A stretch of 64,000 nt of DNA, from IMG/VR virus record IMGVR_UViG_3300027971_000050. One strand, 5' to 3'. The stretch comes from an uncultured virus (IMG/VR IMGVR_UViG_3300027971_000050) (taxonomy: Duplodnaviria; Heunggongvirae; Uroviricota; Caudoviricetes). This document shows, one piece after another, positions 62,351 to 64,000 of this stretch (the first letter of the stretch is position 1; every line of letters starts with the position of its first letter). Made by a program: the position numbers and the translations under genes. The notes beneath the pieces are model-generated. The model had not been told where the DNA came from. It did not search any database and saw only the letters and a list, made by a program, of their open reading frames with translations.

Positions 62351-62632
62351 TTAAACCGTGGGGACTAACGTCCACGGCTCATTGATTGCGCCATCAGCAA
62401 AAGTGCCTTCACAAAAAGAAAGCGTGCCGTACGTGTCAAAATCATAAGCAACACTGATAGCGCCGGTTGATACTTGTGTCCAGTTTGGGCTTTGTGTAGT
62501 GTTTATTAAATTCCACGCTTCGTTAACTGCGCCATCAGCAAAACAGTCTTCTGCAAAAGCAAACGAACCGTACGTACTGAAATCGTATGCGGCTGTAGTT
62601 GTTGCGGTGTTGATTTGCGTCCAAGTTGTCAT
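62351..62632 (-). CDS. Small structural protein with an internal duplication
   Basis: Two WTQ..T.....AYDF.TYG...F.E..FADGA.NE.W.L repeats. Confidence 0.6.
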   Translation of the reverse strand: MTTWTQINTATTTAAYDFSTYGSFAFAEDCFADGAVNEAWNLINTTQSPNWTQVSTGAISVAYDFDTYGTLSFCEGTFADGAINEPWTLVPTV

Positions 62633-62641
62633 GGCAACTCC

Positions 62642-63067
62642 TTACGCAAGCCTGATGATTGCGGACGTATTGGATGGGTCTGGGAACTGCACTGTGAACA
62701 CAGCAGTGGATGTCTTATCCGCCCCAAAATCCAAAACACAAACTGCCGGGTTGCCACCACCATTTTGGTAAATCAATGCGCCACGGGCTGTCAGAGCTGA
62801 AGTCCAAACGGCATTGTTGAATGAAATGTAGGCCGTATTGCCGGAGTTACCTACCGTAGGTGCCTGCGCAATCGTGAGAGCAAGACCGCCAGCCGTGTAC
62901 CCTGAAGCCACAACTTCACCCGTAGACGTATAAGCCGTGGTAGTGGCATCAAGCGTGGCTGCATTAGTGTACAGAGCCATATAGAACGTGCCGGACGTAA
63001 AGTTGAACGTCCCGTTCATCAGCCCTGTTTTGAACGAGTTGCAAGCCCAGTTGCCAGTAAAAGCCAT
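62642..63067 (-). CDS. Conserved virion structural protein
   Basis: CNSFK...ALYT...GYTAGG...ARGALIY...LDFGADK. Confidence 0.65.
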   Translation of the reverse strand: MAFTGNWACNSFKTGLMNGTFNFTSGTFYMALYTNAATLDATTTAYTSTGEVVASGYTAGGLALTIAQAPTVGNSGNTAYISFNNAVWTSALTARGALIYQNGGGNPAVCVLDFGADKTSTAVFTVQFPDPSNTSAIIRLA

Positions 63068-63735
63068 TATCTGACCCCATTATTCTGAGGTAAGGGCGCA
63101 GTCCGGTACTGGCCACTGCGGTACGCATCGCTGCGCTCCATGCCGTCGCCCAAACGTTTTGCCAACGCAAGTGCTTCTTTGTATTTGGCATCGTACCCAA
63201 GCATAATGTCTGGCTCACCTTTCATGTAAGTGTAAGCCTCTACCAAAGTGCCATACAGCAACACGCTGTCAAAGTTGTCGCCCAGCCATGAGGTTTGCGA
63301 AATGACAATTGAAGATGGGTAGTAGTAATAGTGCAACTCAATTGTGTAAGTTGCATCAGGGGTGGGGCCAACAATAAATGTCAATTCAGCCTCATCTGCG
63401 CTTGAGGGGCCAAACAAAGCATAGTACTTCGGCACACCGGTGTCGGTTGCCTTTGGATACGCCTGACGGATAAAGTTGACATCTTTATTGAGCAAGAACT
63501 CTTGCCCATCCGCAGTTGTAATTGCCATTGAATAAACAGCAAGAAAATCCAAAGGGCAGGTAACGTATTGGAAACTAGCTGTTGTAGATCCAGTAACGTT
63601 TCTACGCAAAGATGGAAACTGCACTGAGTTGTAAATGCGCTGCTCCGCCTGCTCTATGAAAAGATTCATGTCAGTCGTGGCAAAAGTATTCTCCGTGTAA
63701 TCGGAAACCGCAGTTACAAGCTCTGTGTAATTCAT
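63067..63735 (-). CDS. Head-tail adaptor/tail tubular protein A-like
   Basis: MNYTEL...FIEQAEQRI...GVPKYY...PTPD..Y...LLYGTLVEA. Confidence 0.7.
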   Translation of the reverse strand: MNYTELVTAVSDYTENTFATTDMNLFIEQAEQRIYNSVQFPSLRRNVTGSTTASFQYVTCPLDFLAVYSMAITTADGQEFLLNKDVNFIRQAYPKATDTGVPKYYALFGPSSADEAELTFIVGPTPDATYTIELHYYYYPSSIVISQTSWLGDNFDSVLLYGTLVEAYTYMKGEPDIMLGYDAKYKEALALAKRLGDGMERSDAYRSGQYRTAPLPQNNGVR

Positions 63736-64000
63736 GCCATTGGGCCTCTAGCCATTACGCCTTTGGTTGCCGCACCTGTGCCACGCATTTTGATACCGTC
63801 AGTTTTGATAGGCTCATCACCAGCAGACTTACTGATGTTGCCAACAGTCACGTCATAGGTTTCAGCCTTGCTGCGGTTAGGAGGAAAGCCGGGGTTTGTA
63901 CCAAACTCATCAGGCGCTTTGGTCATTTTTTTACCAGACATATCATGCGGTTGTGCGTAGACGCTGGCTGGGCCAACTTCTTTGCCGCCTTTTTTCATGC
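63732..64000 (-). CDS. Small virion-module protein, probably 5'-truncated
   Basis: MKKGG...RGTGAATKG..ARGPMA; runs to the window edge. Confidence 0.55.
   Translation of the reverse strand, partial: MKKGGKEVGPASVYAQPHDMSGKKMTKAPDEFGTNPGFPPNRSKAETYDVTVGNISKSAGDEPIKTDGIKMRGTGAATKGVMARGPMA

Overview
Nearly a whole tailed dsDNA phage genome of podovirus-like organisation, cut at both window edges inside minus-strand virion genes. The minus-strand late module (1-14710 and 36940-64000) holds the small and large terminase, a P22-like portal, a GroES co-chaperonin, scaffold, major capsid protein, many tail-fibre-like proteins, a lysis cassette, ejection-type proteins and a 3258-aa polyvalent protein. 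The plus-strand early/replication module (15186-36977) holds many small ORFs, an amidoligase plus class-II glutamine amidotransferase pair, family A DNA polymerase, Cas4-like exonuclease, SNF2 helicase, SSB-like protein and primase-helicase. I saw no integrase, tRNA, CRISPR array or reverse transcriptase. The most striking unexplained signal is a probable ~120-nt non-coding RNA (about 14761-14879) with its own sigma70-type promoter and terminator. Its single unpaired 12-nt linker (GUUGCUUCUCCU) is the exact complement of an extended Shine-Dalgarno motif (AGGAGAAGCAAC) that recurs before many early/replication genes but is largely absent from late genes. Also present: six copies of a 17-19 bp palindrome at early gene junctions, three TGTCNA-N4-TNGACA operator-like sites, two structured RNA-like leaders, and an acidic 'moron' gene. 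All calls come from reading the sequence by eye; no searches were run.
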